Shown in pieces: positions 39,383-48,876 of a DNA stretch of 64,000 bases (positions are counted from its first letter, which is position 1; every line of letters begins with the position of its first letter). Origin of the DNA: Acidobacteria bacterium UBA2161 (lineage in GTDB: Bacteria; Acidobacteriota; Vicinamibacteria; Vicinamibacterales; UBA823). The notes beneath the pieces are model-generated. The model saw only the letters and a list, made by a program, of their open reading frames with translations. It did not search any database and was not told the DNA's origin. The stretch is from NCBI GenBank assembly GCA_002328835.1, contig DCWN01000002.1, positions 39,314-103,313 of the forward strand, given 5' to 3'. A program made the position numbers and the translations under genes.

Positions 39383-40546
39383 ATGCAGATGCTGCGTGGG
39401 TGGATCGTCGTGGCGATGGTGATGCTAGTGTCGCCGGTTGCCGGGCAATCAGTATCGTCCGAATTGAGTGCGCTGCCCATCCTGCGCGACTACACCAACC
39501 ATCGGGTCTCGAGCCACGACCGGACGGGCGCGAACGACGACGGCAACTGGCAGAACCCGTTCCAGCCCGGCGAGACCCGCACGATCGCGCAGATTGACGG
39601 CCCGGCGATCCTTAGCCACATCTGGATCACGATCGCGACGCCGGAGCGGCATCACCTGAAGAAGATCGTGCTCCGGATGTACTGGGACGGCGAATCGACG
39701 CCGAGCGTCGAAGCGCCGATCGGCGACTTCTTCGGGTTGGGGCTCGGGGAGTACTTCCTCTACGAGTCGGCGGTGCTGTCGGTTGGCTCGCAGAAGGCGC
39801 TGAACACCTTCTTTCCGATGCCCTTCCGGCAGTCGGCCCGGATCACCGTGACCCACGAAGGAGACGAGCCGATCTCGGCCTTCTACTACAACATCGACTA
39901 CGAGCGTCACGACGCGTTGCCCGACGCCATCGGGTACTTCCACGCGCAGTACCGCCAGGGCACGCCGAATCCGGCGTGGACGACCGACTGGGCGCTGAAC
40001 GGCGACGCCAATGTCGTCGAGCACCGCAATCCGGACGGCACCGACAACTACGTGCTGCTCGACGCGCAGGGGCGGGGGCACTACGTCGGCGTCACCCACA
40101 GCATCTTGCAGAATCAGGGTGACTGGTGGGGCGAGGGTGACGAGATGATCACGATCGACGGCGACACGGCCCCTCGCATCATCGGCACCGGATCGGAGGA
40201 CTATTACCTCGGCGCGTGGTGCTACGGGGGCTGCGGGATCAATCCGTTCGGCAACGTTCGGCCGACCTTCGACTTCCAGCGCTACGGCAACCCGATGAAC
40301 GGCGGGGACGATCGCGGCGCCAAGTGGATGGTGTACCGGCTGCACACCGAGTCTCCGATTACGTTCGAGAATTCGATCAGGGTGACGATCGAGCACGGTC
40401 ACGGCAACCACCGCGCCGACAACTTCTACACGACGGCCTACTGGTATCAAGTGGAGCCGCACGGCGCGTTTCCGACCCTGCCCGCCGTGGCGGACCGGAT
40501 CCCGCGCCAGTTCGAGACCGGCGGCCCGACGATGGGTCGGCCCTAG
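39383..40546 (+). CDS. DUF2961 / GH172 family glycoside hydrolase, secreted
   Basis: SSHDRTGANDD, LRMYWDGE, APIGDFFG, FPMPF, WWGEGDE, GTGSEDY, TIEHGH. Confidence 0.88.
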   Translation: MQMLRGWIVVAMVMLVSPVAGQSVSSELSALPILRDYTNHRVSSHDRTGANDDGNWQNPFQPGETRTIAQIDGPAILSHIWITIATPERHHLKKIVLRMYWDGESTPSVEAPIGDFFGLGLGEYFLYESAVLSVGSQKALNTFFPMPFRQSARITVTHEGDEPISAFYYNIDYERHDALPDAIGYFHAQYRQGTPNPAWTTDWALNGDANVVEHRNPDGTDNYVLLDAQGRGHYVGVTHSILQNQGDWWGEGDEMITIDGDTAPRIIGTGSEDYYLGAWCYGGCGINPFGNVRPTFDFQRYGNPMNGGDDRGAKWMVYRLHTESPITFENSIRVTIEHGHGNHRADNFYTTAYWYQVEPHGAFPTLPAVADRIPRQFETGGPTMGRP

Positions 40547-40563
40547 CGACAGGAGGCCGCCGC

Positions 40564-41733
40564 GTGACTCCCAGCATCGCCGACCAGCCGCTCATCGAGT
40601 TCACCCGGGCGCTCGTGCGCACTCCAAGCGTGCTCGGCCACGAGCAGGCGATGGCCGAGTGCACCCGAGAAGAGATGGAGCGGCTCGAGTTCGATCGGGT
40701 GACGACCGACGAGGCGGGCAACGTCGTCGGCATGGTCGAGGGGCGCCGAGACGGGCCAACACTCTTGTTTGACGCGCACATGGATACGGTCGACATCCTG
40801 CCGCGGGAGGGCTGGACCCGCGATCCGTTCGGCGGCGAGTTGGTGGACGGTCGGATCTTCGGGCGGGGCAGCTCCGATATGAAGGGCGCGCTCGCGGCGA
40901 TGGTTCACGGGGTGGCTGGACTCGACCGCGACGCCCTGGCCGGACGCGCGGTCGTGTCTGGCTCGGTGGGCGAGGAGTTGATCGAGGGGGCGGCACTGCG
41001 GCACGTCATGCAGGCGGTGTCGCCGGACTGGGTCGTGATCGGCGAGGCGTCGGAGCTCCAGCTCGTCAGGGCGGGCCGGGGTCGCGCGGAATGCGTCGTC
41101 GAGACCCACGGCCGCCCGTCGCACGCCTCGACGCCTGACCGCGGCGTGAATGCCGTGCACCTGATGCGCGACGTGATCGCCGAGGTCGAGGCGCTCCCGA
41201 TGCCCACCGACCCCTTTGTCGGCCGCGGCGTCATGTGCCTCACCGACGTCATCTCCGTGCCGTACCCCGCCCATTCGGTGGTGCCCAGCGGATGCCGGGC
41301 GACCTACGAGCGTCGGCTGCTGCCCGGCGAGACGCAGGACTCGTTGTTCGGCGAGATGCGCGAGGCGTGCATTCGGGCCGGTGCCGAGGACACGACCGTG
41401 TCGCTGGCGACGACCGACTACACGACCTACACGGGCCTGCGCTGGGAAGAGCCGAAGTGGTACGCGCCGTGGGAGACCGACGCGGCGCACCCGCTCGTGC
41501 AGCAGGCGCTCGCGGGGCTGCGCGAGGCGGCGCTCGAGCCCGATCCGAAGATGCGCAGCTACCAGTTCTGCACGAACGCCGCCTACAGCGCCGGCGCCGC
41601 CGGCGTGCCGACGATCGGCTTCGGTCCGTCTTCGGAGCACCACGCCCACGTCTGCGACGAACACCTCGAGGTCAGCCAGTTAGTCGGCGCGGCGGACGGC
41701 TATCGGGCGATCGCGACGGCTCTGCTTTCCTAG
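40564..41733 (+). CDS. M20 family metallohydrolase (ArgE/DapE/YgeY-like)
   Basis: AHMDTV, GRGSSDMKG, GEE, VIGE, HAS, GFGP..HAH; AGGAGG RBS before GTG 40564. Confidence 0.88.
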   Translation: MTPSIADQPLIEFTRALVRTPSVLGHEQAMAECTREEMERLEFDRVTTDEAGNVVGMVEGRRDGPTLLFDAHMDTVDILPREGWTRDPFGGELVDGRIFGRGSSDMKGALAAMVHGVAGLDRDALAGRAVVSGSVGEELIEGAALRHVMQAVSPDWVVIGEASELQLVRAGRGRAECVVETHGRPSHASTPDRGVNAVHLMRDVIAEVEALPMPTDPFVGRGVMCLTDVISVPYPAHSVVPSGCRATYERRLLPGETQDSLFGEMREACIRAGAEDTTVSLATTDYTTYTGLRWEEPKWYAPWETDAAHPLVQQALAGLREAALEPDPKMRSYQFCTNAAYSAGAAGVPTIGFGPSSEHHAHVCDEHLEVSQLVGAADGYRAIATALLS

Positions 41734-44168
41734 AATACGAGCGCGAAGCGCATTCCGACACCCTGCGTCACGGAGTTGGCGAACGCGCCGAACCTCGCGC
41801 TGCCCGTGTTGTTGGACACGTCGCGCGGGTTGAAGTGGCTGCCGAGGTTGTAGATCTGTACGCCCACCCGCGCCGACATCCGATCCGTCAGCTTCACCAC
41901 CTTGGTGGCCAGCAGGTCCAGCGAGAAGAGGTTGGGAAAACGGGGCCCCTCGTTTCGGACGCCGACCGCACGCTGCGCCTCGTCCACGACCGTGTACGGG
42001 AAGCCGGTGCGAAACTCGAGTGTGGGCGCAATCGTGATCTGCTTCGGCAGGTTCATCACGCCCCAGACCACGACGCGGTGCGGTGCGTCGAACGGTTGCC
42101 GCGAGAACACGTCGGAATGCACGATCGGGTCCCGCTGGTCGCCGAAGATCGTCACGAAGTCGTTCAAGTTGCCCTGCGCACGGGCCCAGACGTACGACAT
42201 GTTCAGTTCGCCCTCCTCGCGCAGTCGGCGCTGGACGGTCAGCTCGACCTCATGCGAACGCGACGTCCCGTCGTTCGAGAGCAACATCTCCCCGGCGCCG
42301 GCGATCGGGTCGACCACGAGTTCACGTGAACCGCGCCGCGCGCGATAGCCCACCCGCACCTGCGTGTCGTCGCCGAGCGCCTGGTGCAGTTCCAGGTGCC
42401 AGAGGTTGCTCAGCGGCGTGCGGAGCCCGCCAGCCGCGATGCGATTCGCGAACTCGAGGATCGAGATCGGCTCGGCCGCGTCACCCTGTGGGCCGAACGT
42501 CGTCTCGCGCCGGCTCTGGCGGCTCTCGAAGTCGCCCGCAATGAGCGGCAGGCGGTCGTAGAAGCGTCCGTACCCGCCTCGGATGACGGTGTGGTCGCCG
42601 TCGAACGGTCGCAACGACGCTTCGAGTCTTGGCGCCAGGGTGTGCTCGCCGGCGATCTGTTCGAAGGCGTACCGCGCACCCAGGTTGAGGGTGAGCCTAC
42701 CGGCGGGCGACCATCGGTCTTCAGCAAAGACCGATACCTGAGTGTTCGATGCCCGGACCGTGGGATCGCCGTGAAAGTCGATGCGTCGGGTCAGGGTGCC
42801 GTCGGCCCGCGAGACGACGACCGGGAGGCTGGCATCCTCGCCCCTGTACCACGCGTGGGTGAGTTCTCCCCCGGCCATCAGGAGATGGCTGCCGGATGGG
42901 CCGTCCCGTTCGGCCGTCAACGTCGTGGCGAGGTCGTAGCGGCGACTGTCGCGGCTGAGTCGGTTGAAATAGTTCTGTCGGACACCGTCCACCGTGACCC
43001 GGGACGCGTCGGCGGTCTTCGGGAGAACCCTCAGATCGTAGGCCTTGACCGCGGCCGAGGTGTTCATGGTCGTTCGGGGACCGAGGACGAGGTGGTCCGA
43101 GACGGCGCCGCTCCAGCCACGCTGCTCGGAATCCGGCGCTGCTTCGAACGGGTGGAGCGTGTCGATCTGAACGTTGTCGACATTGCCGGGGAACCACGCA
43201 AGCGTGAAGGTCATGCGGTGCGTGGGCGTGGCCGCGTAGTCGATCTGGGTCAACCCGTTGAACATCTCGCGTACCTGCTCGGTCCGGGGCAGCGGCTCGA
43301 ACGCTTCGAGGTCCTCGACGCGGTCGCGCTCGAAGGCGTAGTTGATTGACTGCGAGAACCAGAGCGAGCCGGTCTTGATCGGACCGGCCACCCGGACCCG
43401 CGGTGCGAACGATCGGATTCCGCGAATCTTCCCGTCGCGAAACCTGACGCGCCGCATGAAGTCCTCGACCTCCGTGCTCCACGCGTCCTCGCCCGGACGC
43501 GTGACGATGTTTGCGATTCCGCCCGTGGCGCTGCCGAATCGCGCGGAGTAGACGCCGGTGTAGACGTCGAGGGCGGCGACCGCCTCCAGCGGCAGGCCGA
43601 CGGCGAACTGGCCCGTCACCGGGTCGGTGACGTTGAGGCCGTTCAGGAGCAATGCGCTCTGGCTGGCGCGCGTGCCACCCAAGTTGAGCCGGCCATCCGG
43701 CCCGCGCACGACACCCGGCACCAGGGGCAGTGCGTCCTCGAAGTTGCCGGTCGGCAGCGGGAGTTGGGTGAGGGTCGGACCGCTGACTTGTGTCTCACCG
43801 CTCCGCGCCGCATCCGACGCCGCCAGGGGGTCGGCGGCGACGGTGACGTCCTCGGCGACCGACAGCGTCAGCACCAAGCGGCGCGAGGACCTGGCGCCGG
43901 CTGCGACCGCCACGTCGTCGAGTCGGACTTCCTCGAATCCGGCGAGTGATGCGACCAACGTGTACAGACCGGGTGGCACGCCCTCGAACTGGAACGAGCC
44001 GTCGGCATCGGTCGACGTTGTGGGGGAGTCGACGTCGGTGCTCAGCGCGACGATGACGCCGCTCAGGCGGGCGCCGAACGCGTCGACAACGATGCCCTCG
44101 ACCGTGCCCGAGGGCTGCGGTTGAGCGCCGATGCCCGCGATGAGCCACACGGCCAAGGCCAGAGTCAT
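41730..44168 (-). CDS. TonB-dependent receptor with N-terminal carboxypeptidase-regulatory-like domain
   Basis: Signal peptide, DGSFQFEGVPPGLYTL, plug region LPLVPGV / NGLNVTDP, beta-strand pattern, C-terminal Phe. Confidence 0.85.
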   Translation of the reverse strand: MTLALAVWLIAGIGAQPQPSGTVEGIVVDAFGARLSGVIVALSTDVDSPTTSTDADGSFQFEGVPPGLYTLVASLAGFEEVRLDDVAVAAGARSSRRLVLTLSVAEDVTVAADPLAASDAARSGETQVSGPTLTQLPLPTGNFEDALPLVPGVVRGPDGRLNLGGTRASQSALLLNGLNVTDPVTGQFAVGLPLEAVAALDVYTGVYSARFGSATGGIANIVTRPGEDAWSTEVEDFMRRVRFRDGKIRGIRSFAPRVRVAGPIKTGSLWFSQSINYAFERDRVEDLEAFEPLPRTEQVREMFNGLTQIDYAATPTHRMTFTLAWFPGNVDNVQIDTLHPFEAAPDSEQRGWSGAVSDHLVLGPRTTMNTSAAVKAYDLRVLPKTADASRVTVDGVRQNYFNRLSRDSRRYDLATTLTAERDGPSGSHLLMAGGELTHAWYRGEDASLPVVVSRADGTLTRRIDFHGDPTVRASNTQVSVFAEDRWSPAGRLTLNLGARYAFEQIAGEHTLAPRLEASLRPFDGDHTVIRGGYGRFYDRLPLIAGDFESRQSRRETTFGPQGDAAEPISILEFANRIAAGGLRTPLSNLWHLELHQALGDDTQVRVGYRARRGSRELVVDPIAGAGEMLLSNDGTSRSHEVELTVQRRLREEGELNMSYVWARAQGNLNDFVTIFGDQRDPIVHSDVFSRQPFDAPHRVVVWGVMNLPKQITIAPTLEFRTGFPYTVVDEAQRAVGVRNEGPRFPNLFSLDLLATKVVKLTDRMSARVGVQIYNLGSHFNPRDVSNNTGSARFGAFANSVTQGVGMRFALVF

Positions 44169-44181
44169 CGCCGACGGGATC

Positions 44182-45366
44182 TCAACTCAAGATGGCGCGT
44201 AGCCCGCGCGCCAGGCGGGCCGCGCCTTCCGCGGCCTCGTTCGCGTCGACGGCGCCGTACGAGAGCCGCAGCGTACAGCGGTCGTCCAGCCCGAAGGCGC
44301 TGCCAGGGATGACAGCCACGCGGTGTTCCCGGATGAGGCGGGTGGCGAGGTCGAGCGACCCGATCGGTGCGTGAATCCTGGCGAGGTAGTACATCGCGCC
44401 GTTCGCCTCGGGCACATCGCACAGGTCCGACACTTCGGCCAGCGTGTCACGCAGTGTGGCGCGCACGGTCACAAGCTCCGGCAGGTGGGCGCGGCAGTAT
44501 GCCGCGCCAACCGTCAAGGCTCCAGCCGCGGCGTACTGGCTGGCGGCAGGCGGGCAGACCAGAATCGTGTCCTGAATCTTGTCGACCGCGCCGGCCAGGG
44601 CACTCGGGATCACCATGTATCCGACCCGCCAGCCAGCGAACCCGAACGCCTTCGAGAAGGAGTAGAGGGAGATCGTATGGGCCGCCGCGCCGTCGAGGCC
44701 GCCGGGCGAGAAGTGGCGCGCGTCGTCGAAGACGAAGTACTCGTAGGCCTCGTCCGAAATATGAAACACCCCTTCGTCGTGGCACAGCGCGTTGACTTCC
44801 CGGAGGGTGGCTTCCGGATAGACGACTCCAGCTGGGTTGTTCGGCGACACCGTGACGATGGCGCGGGTCTGCGGCGTGATCGCGTCACGGAGCCGATCGA
44901 GATCGAGTTGATAGTGCTCGTCGGTCGCGACCGCGACCGGTCGGCAGCCGGCCATGATGACCGCCATCTCGTGGTTGAAGTAGAACGGGACCGGCAGGAT
45001 GATTTCGTCGCCCGGATCGGCGATCGCCAGCATCGCGTTGACGAAGGCCATGTTGCTGCCGGCGGTGACGATGACGCGGCTGGCCGGGTGCACCTGGATG
45101 CCGTTGTCGCGTTCGAGCTTCTGCCTCAGCCCATCGAGCAGCGGGGGAAGGCCCTCGACGGCGCCGTAGCGATGCAGTTCCGGATCGGCGGCGGCCTCGG
45201 CCAAGGCATCGGCGGCCGCCGCCGGCGGAGAAAATCGGACCATGCCCTGGCCGAGCGAGATCGTCTCCGGCGTCGACGCGATCAGCCGTTCGATCACGGC
45301 CACGATCGGCGGCCGGATCGCCCGGATCCGCGCGGTCTGGCGGTGCGGCGCCGTGGCGGCGTTCAT
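44182..45366 (-). CDS. PLP-dependent aminotransferase class I/II
   Basis: SLGQG, TAGSN, SPNNPAG, SDEAYE, SFSKAFGFAGWRVG. Confidence 0.92.
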   Translation of the reverse strand: MNAATAPHRQTARIRAIRPPIVAVIERLIASTPETISLGQGMVRFSPPAAAADALAEAAADPELHRYGAVEGLPPLLDGLRQKLERDNGIQVHPASRVIVTAGSNMAFVNAMLAIADPGDEIILPVPFYFNHEMAVIMAGCRPVAVATDEHYQLDLDRLRDAITPQTRAIVTVSPNNPAGVVYPEATLREVNALCHDEGVFHISDEAYEYFVFDDARHFSPGGLDGAAAHTISLYSFSKAFGFAGWRVGYMVIPSALAGAVDKIQDTILVCPPAASQYAAAGALTVGAAYCRAHLPELVTVRATLRDTLAEVSDLCDVPEANGAMYYLARIHAPIGSLDLATRLIREHRVAVIPGSAFGLDDRCTLRLSYGAVDANEAAEGAARLARGLRAILS

Positions 45367-45496
45367 GGCGGGGATTCTACCTCCGGCGGCCCTGAAACTG
45401 GCCGCAACTGGCCGATCCTGGCCGCCTGTGGCATACTAATCTGAGGTTATGCTCCCCGGCTGTGCGCATAGAGGAACTGCTCAGAAGGGGTCTGTC

Positions 45497-46084
45497 ATGC
45501 GATCAGTTGGCTTGGCACTCATCGTCGTCGTTGCGCTCGTCGCCGGGGACACGGCTCGGGCGGATGCCCAGGTCGTGACGCTGGCCGAAGCGGGCCGCGA
45601 GGCCCCGGACGGCTCCGGCACCGCCATCCTCAACGGGGTCGTCGTCCTACCCCCCGGGGCCTACGTCGATGTGCTCGTCGTGCGGCTCAGGGACTCGTCC
45701 ACCGGCCAGGTCCGGGCCACGACCCTGGCCGGACCGAGCGGGGAGTTCGCCTTCCCCGGACTCGACGTGCGTGAGTGGATGCCAGCGGAATGCTTTGAGC
45801 CCGAAGGGCTGCAGGGCGAGTTCGCCCTTCCAGCCGAATGTGACGCGTATTTCGTGGAAGTCATCGACCAGAACGGCCTGATTCTGAGTGTGAGCGATTC
45901 GCTGCGACTCGGCGTTGGCGAGATCGTGAACGCCGTGCTGCGGATACCCTCCGCTGGGTCGCTGCTTGCGGCCGCTGGTACTGACGCGTTCACCGAGCTG
46001 GGGTCGACGGTGCTGAGTGCCGCCACGGGCCTCGGCGTCACCGGCGTCGGGCCAACGGGCCCCCCGACCAGCCCCGAGCAGTAG
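45497..46084 (+). CDS. Small secreted hypothetical protein with carboxypeptidase-regulatory-like domain
   Basis: Signal peptide ending ADA, VRLRDSSTGQV..T...SGEFAFPGL, YFVEV; Gly/Ala-rich C-terminus. Confidence 0.7.
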   Translation: MRSVGLALIVVVALVAGDTARADAQVVTLAEAGREAPDGSGTAILNGVVVLPPGAYVDVLVVRLRDSSTGQVRATTLAGPSGEFAFPGLDVREWMPAECFEPEGLQGEFALPAECDAYFVEVIDQNGLILSVSDSLRLGVGEIVNAVLRIPSAGSLLAAAGTDAFTELGSTVLSAATGLGVTGVGPTGPPTSPEQ

Positions 46085-46113
46085 CCTCCGGGCGCTCGGT
46101 CGCGCCGTCCGCC

Positions 46114-46917
46114 TCAGAACCGCACACGGATGCCGGCGGCGATCTGCGCGCCGCCGAGACCGACCTCCGACACCACGGGTACTCCCACGGTCTCGGCCAG
46201 GAACCCCTCATCGGGCAGCGAGATCTCCGCCGTTGCATCGCTGAAGCGCGCCGTCCAGCCGACACCGACGTGGCGTGAAAAGAAGAACGACAGGTCCGCC
46301 CCGGCGCCCCAGCCGAGTGCGGTCGGATTCCGCTCGACCTTCACGATGCCGGTAATCGGCACCTCCTCGTAGGGGTACTCCTCGGGCGCGGTGTCCACCC
46401 CAGGCAAATCGAGCGCGGCGAAGTACACCGTCGGTCCACCGAAGATCCGGACGTTGAATCGGTCGCCGACGGGCACCGACCAGTAGCCGTGGAGGTCGAG
46501 CGACCGCTCATGCCGGGTCATCGTCGAACTGTCGCTGAAGATCCGGGGGGCGTCGAAGAAGAATGGGTGCGGGATGCTGGCGCCCAGTGCCAGGTCGTCG
46601 GATCGGGTGAAGCGCTGGAACCCGACCCGCAGCCCCGCCTGGCGCCAGAGGCGCACGCCGCCGGCCAGTGCGATCGTCGGGCGCCGGTTGATCGTCACGT
46701 CGCGGGTCAGCTCGCCTTCCTCCGCGGACTGCTCGAAGGTGATCGGCTCGCTCAGCGCCTCCGCGACTGCGGTGGTCTGGAATCCGCCGTCGAGCGCGAT
46801 GAACCACCGCGTCTCGGGCGCCTGCGCGTGCGCCGTCGACGGCACAGCCAGCACGGCGGCGAGGACCGTCGCCGCGACCGCGGAGCGCCCGACGCAATGG
46901 ACGGCGCGGGCGGTCAC
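46114..46917 (-). CDS. Outer membrane beta-barrel protein
   Basis: Signal peptide AHA, amphipathic strands, C-terminal GIRVRF; GTG overlaps upstream stop. Confidence 0.75.
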   Translation of the reverse strand: MTARAVHCVGRSAVAATVLAAVLAVPSTAHAQAPETRWFIALDGGFQTTAVAEALSEPITFEQSAEEGELTRDVTINRRPTIALAGGVRLWRQAGLRVGFQRFTRSDDLALGASIPHPFFFDAPRIFSDSSTMTRHERSLDLHGYWSVPVGDRFNVRIFGGPTVYFAALDLPGVDTAPEEYPYEEVPITGIVKVERNPTALGWGAGADLSFFFSRHVGVGWTARFSDATAEISLPDEGFLAETVGVPVVSEVGLGGAQIAAGIRVRF

Positions 46918-48572
46918 TGCACCCCCACGGCGCGCCAGGCGTTGGCGATCGCGTTGCGCAGTTCGCCGGTCGGGTCGAGATCCTGCGCCGACTGCAGCGT
47001 CGCGGAACGGGCCAAGGCAAACGTGGCATCGGAGGGTAGCAGGAACGCGAATCCTCGGAAGAACGCTTCGGCGACCTCCTGCAGCCGAGGCCGGCCGACG
47101 CCGTTCACGGAAATTCCGGACGTACGGTTCGTTCCGCCCTCGACCGCCAGGTAGAAAGCGTGGCTCGCGATCGTCGAGTTCGTGTGCACGCCGCCGTTGT
47201 CGGCGAAGTCGGTGAAGAGCTTGCTGAGGTGGTCACGGTCACCGAAGCGGGCAGGATCTTCGAGCGATCGGCTCAGGCCGGCCAGGAGCGGCTCGAGGAT
47301 GTCCTCGCCGATCAGGTAGTCGGCCTGTAGCACGCCGTCGCCGGGTGGCTGAAAGAAGAACTCGGCCGCCGTGCCCATGATATCGGAGAACCCCTCATTC
47401 AGTGCGCCTGGCACTCCCCGGGCCTCGAGGCGCGAGGTGAAGAACGTCACGGCGTGGGTGACCTCGTGGGCGACGATGTCGAGTGCACCGGAGAAATAGT
47501 CGATTCGCGAGCCTAGGAACTTCTCGCCCTCCGGCAGCCCTTCGCCGTACACGAGGAGGCCCTTGCCGTCGGACCCACAGCCGGGGCAGTAGAACGCGTT
47601 CAGATAGAAGAGAAAGACGTCGCGGCTCGAGGCCGACGGGAAGTCGGCGCGATCCGCGGGGTGGACCAGCGAGATGATCCGCAGGTTGTTGCCGTCGACC
47701 GCCTGGAAACCGAAGGCGCGGAAGAAGTAGTCGTAGGTCCATCCGCTGTGGACGTGGCCGTCGACACTGGCCGGGTCCGCCCAGGCATTGTCGGGATCCG
47801 CGGCGAGATCGATCGGCGCGAGCACGACGCTCCCGTTGAGGACGCGCCCGACCCGGTCGGTCCGTCCCGCCATGTCGTAGGTGGCCAGCGGCACGGGACG
47901 GAGCGAGTCGTCGGCGACGAACTGCCCGCCCAGCGGCGTGACGGCGATCTTCTTCCGATCACCGTTGACGCCCAGGCCCGTGCCGACCGTGCCCTGCGTC
48001 AAGATGACGCTGTACTGGTCGACGATCGAGCCGTCGTGGGCGTCGACGAAATATCTCCTCGACTCGCCGCCGGCGTAGACCGTCGCGTCATAGACCAGCG
48101 CATGGGCGCCGCCATCGAGTGGCAGCACCGTCAGGGCGGGTGAGGTCGCTGGGTTGAGCGGCCCGCCCGCCGCCGTCTCGATGACCTGCCGCGCGGCATC
48201 GGGTGACAGCGTCGGGATCGGATCGATGTCGATGCCGTCGTACAGCTGGCCGAAGACCGACACGGTCAGCCCCCCGTCGAGCTGGCGCGCGATCTCGCCG
48301 CTGTGGACCGGCAGCCCCGCGTAGTACTGCACCATCCGCTGGTGGGTGCGGTCGGGCAGGAGCGTATCGGCCTGCACGCGACGCATCCGCAGGGCGCCGG
48401 CGCGCGCGAGGCGGTCGACGATCGAGTCGGCCTGCCGGATGGCGAGGCCGTCTGTCGCCGCCAGCGTGAGCCGCCGGGGGGCCTGCGCGGCGGCGCCGCT
48501 GGTCCAGAGCGTCAGGAGGCCAAGTCCGAGCAGCGTGACGGTTCGCGAGCGACGTGACGGCAGCGGTAGCAT
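46914..48572 (-). CDS. M4 (thermolysin-like) metallopeptidase with propeptide
   Basis: AHEVTH, ALNEGFSD, DNGGVHTNS, NAF, AWRAVGV; GGAGG RBS before ATG 48572. Confidence 0.93.
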   Translation of the reverse strand: MLPLPSRRSRTVTLLGLGLLTLWTSGAAAQAPRRLTLAATDGLAIRQADSIVDRLARAGALRMRRVQADTLLPDRTHQRMVQYYAGLPVHSGEIARQLDGGLTVSVFGQLYDGIDIDPIPTLSPDAARQVIETAAGGPLNPATSPALTVLPLDGGAHALVYDATVYAGGESRRYFVDAHDGSIVDQYSVILTQGTVGTGLGVNGDRKKIAVTPLGGQFVADDSLRPVPLATYDMAGRTDRVGRVLNGSVVLAPIDLAADPDNAWADPASVDGHVHSGWTYDYFFRAFGFQAVDGNNLRIISLVHPADRADFPSASSRDVFLFYLNAFYCPGCGSDGKGLLVYGEGLPEGEKFLGSRIDYFSGALDIVAHEVTHAVTFFTSRLEARGVPGALNEGFSDIMGTAAEFFFQPPGDGVLQADYLIGEDILEPLLAGLSRSLEDPARFGDRDHLSKLFTDFADNGGVHTNSTIASHAFYLAVEGGTNRTSGISVNGVGRPRLQEVAEAFFRGFAFLLPSDATFALARSATLQSAQDLDPTGELRNAIANAWRAVGVQ

Positions 48573-48732
48573 CTGTCCTCCGGGTTTCGGCCAGGCCGGC
48601 GCGGCGGGCGTTCTCGCAACTGTACTCCAACCTCGAGATGTCTTCGGCTCGGCGCGGTCTCGAGCCGGCGAACGTGGGCGCCGCTGGCCCTCGCGTATAC
48701 TTGGTCGCGTCGTCTTTGGATGGGGCGCCTTG

Positions 48733-48777
48733 CGTCCTTCGAGAACCTCAGGACGCCCCGGGCTCTGTCGAGGGGCG
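48733..48777. repeat. REP-like element of the CCTTCGA..CTCAGGA..GTCGA type
   Basis: CGTCCTTCGAGAACCTCAGGACGCCCCGGGCTCTGTCGAGGGGCG, imperfect palindrome in a divergent intergenic region. Confidence 0.5.
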
Positions 48778-48876
48778 CCCCAAGCCCCACGCGGCGTCCT
48801 CCGCAGGGAACCCGAAAGCCCTACTCCGGACGCCGCGGAGCGCGCCGTGCGCGCGCTGGTCATCAGGGAGGAAGTC

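Noticed and set aside
38389-39480. 363-aa antisense ORF over the amidohydrolase
   Set aside because: Ser/Arg/Ala-rich with no motifs; a typical high-GC shadow ORF
40564-41733. Link between the YgeY-like M20 hydrolase and selenium metabolism
   Set aside because: No selenium-dependent molybdenum hydroxylase or sel genes are nearby; family resemblance alone is insufficient
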